From Acidimicrobiaceae bacterium (GTDB taxonomy: Bacteria > Actinomycetota > Acidimicrobiia > Acidimicrobiales > Bog-793), in the NCBI GenBank assembly GCA_003140595.1, contig PLKG01000156.1:25703-89702 (forward strand): a DNA stretch of 64,000 bases. Direction: 5' to 3'. This document shows, in pieces, positions 63,999 through 64,000 of this stretch (the stretch's first letter is position 1; every line of letters begins with the position of its first letter). A model generated the notes under the pieces. The model was not told where the DNA came from. It saw only the letters and a list, made by a program, of their open reading frames with translations, and ran no database searches. The translations under genes and the position numbers were made by a program.

Positions 63999-64000
63999 GC

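Overview
This is a visibly high-GC, densely coding chromosomal segment of actinobacterial type. That call rests on gene content and synteny; no taxon can be assigned from sequence alone. All domain calls come from reading motifs in the supplied translations by eye. No database search was run.

Layout from left to right:
1. codB (5'-truncated by the window edge) and codA.
2. A decayed ABC ATPase gene.
3. A Dpp/Opp-type peptide ABC operon: substrate-binding protein, permease, a fused permease-ATPase, and a second ATPase.
4. A seven-gene membrane-associated MoxR/DUF58 cluster: Pro-rich membrane protein, DUF4129-like, DUF4350-like, MoxR, DUF58, SpoIIM-like, RDD.
5. A gene of about 8.6 kb for a giant secreted multidomain protein with a long run of 15-bp tandem repeats.
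6. A 1,300+ aa double-cyclase/P-loop/TPR protein.
7. A 6.7-kb integrated element at tRNA-Thr(CGU), bounded by an exact 44-bp direct repeat. It carries a tyrosine integrase, an Xis-like HTH protein, a small RHH-like protein, an AbiE-like two-gene cassette (wHTH protein plus nucleotidyltransferase), an interrupted TPR ORF, a degenerate iteron-like repeat array and a BNR/Asp-box propeller.
8. A DrrAB-like ABC-2 exporter with a divergent MarR regulator.
9. Housekeeping genes: TlpA-like redoxin, FGGY kinase, WecA-like transferase, a lipoprotein and LhgO.
10. A small protein plus a TPR-CHAT protease.
11. A second MoxR-DUF58-transglutaminase module.
12. An ECF sigma factor with a ZAS anti-sigma factor.
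13. The conserved block Zn-protease, tilS, hpt, folE, folP, (extra gene), folB, folK, a DUF2520-like gene, panC and nadB (3'-truncated by the window edge).

No rRNA, CRISPR array or IS transposase was recognised.

The best candidates for an uncharacterised system are:
- the AbiE-like cassette on the tRNA-Thr island, whose first protein has an unusual N-terminal PD-(D/E)xK-like module;
- the TPR-CHAT locus;
- the giant PLSSI-repeat/C25-like surface protein together with its adjacent cyclase-NTPase-TPR protein;
- the two paralogous MoxR-DUF58 modules.
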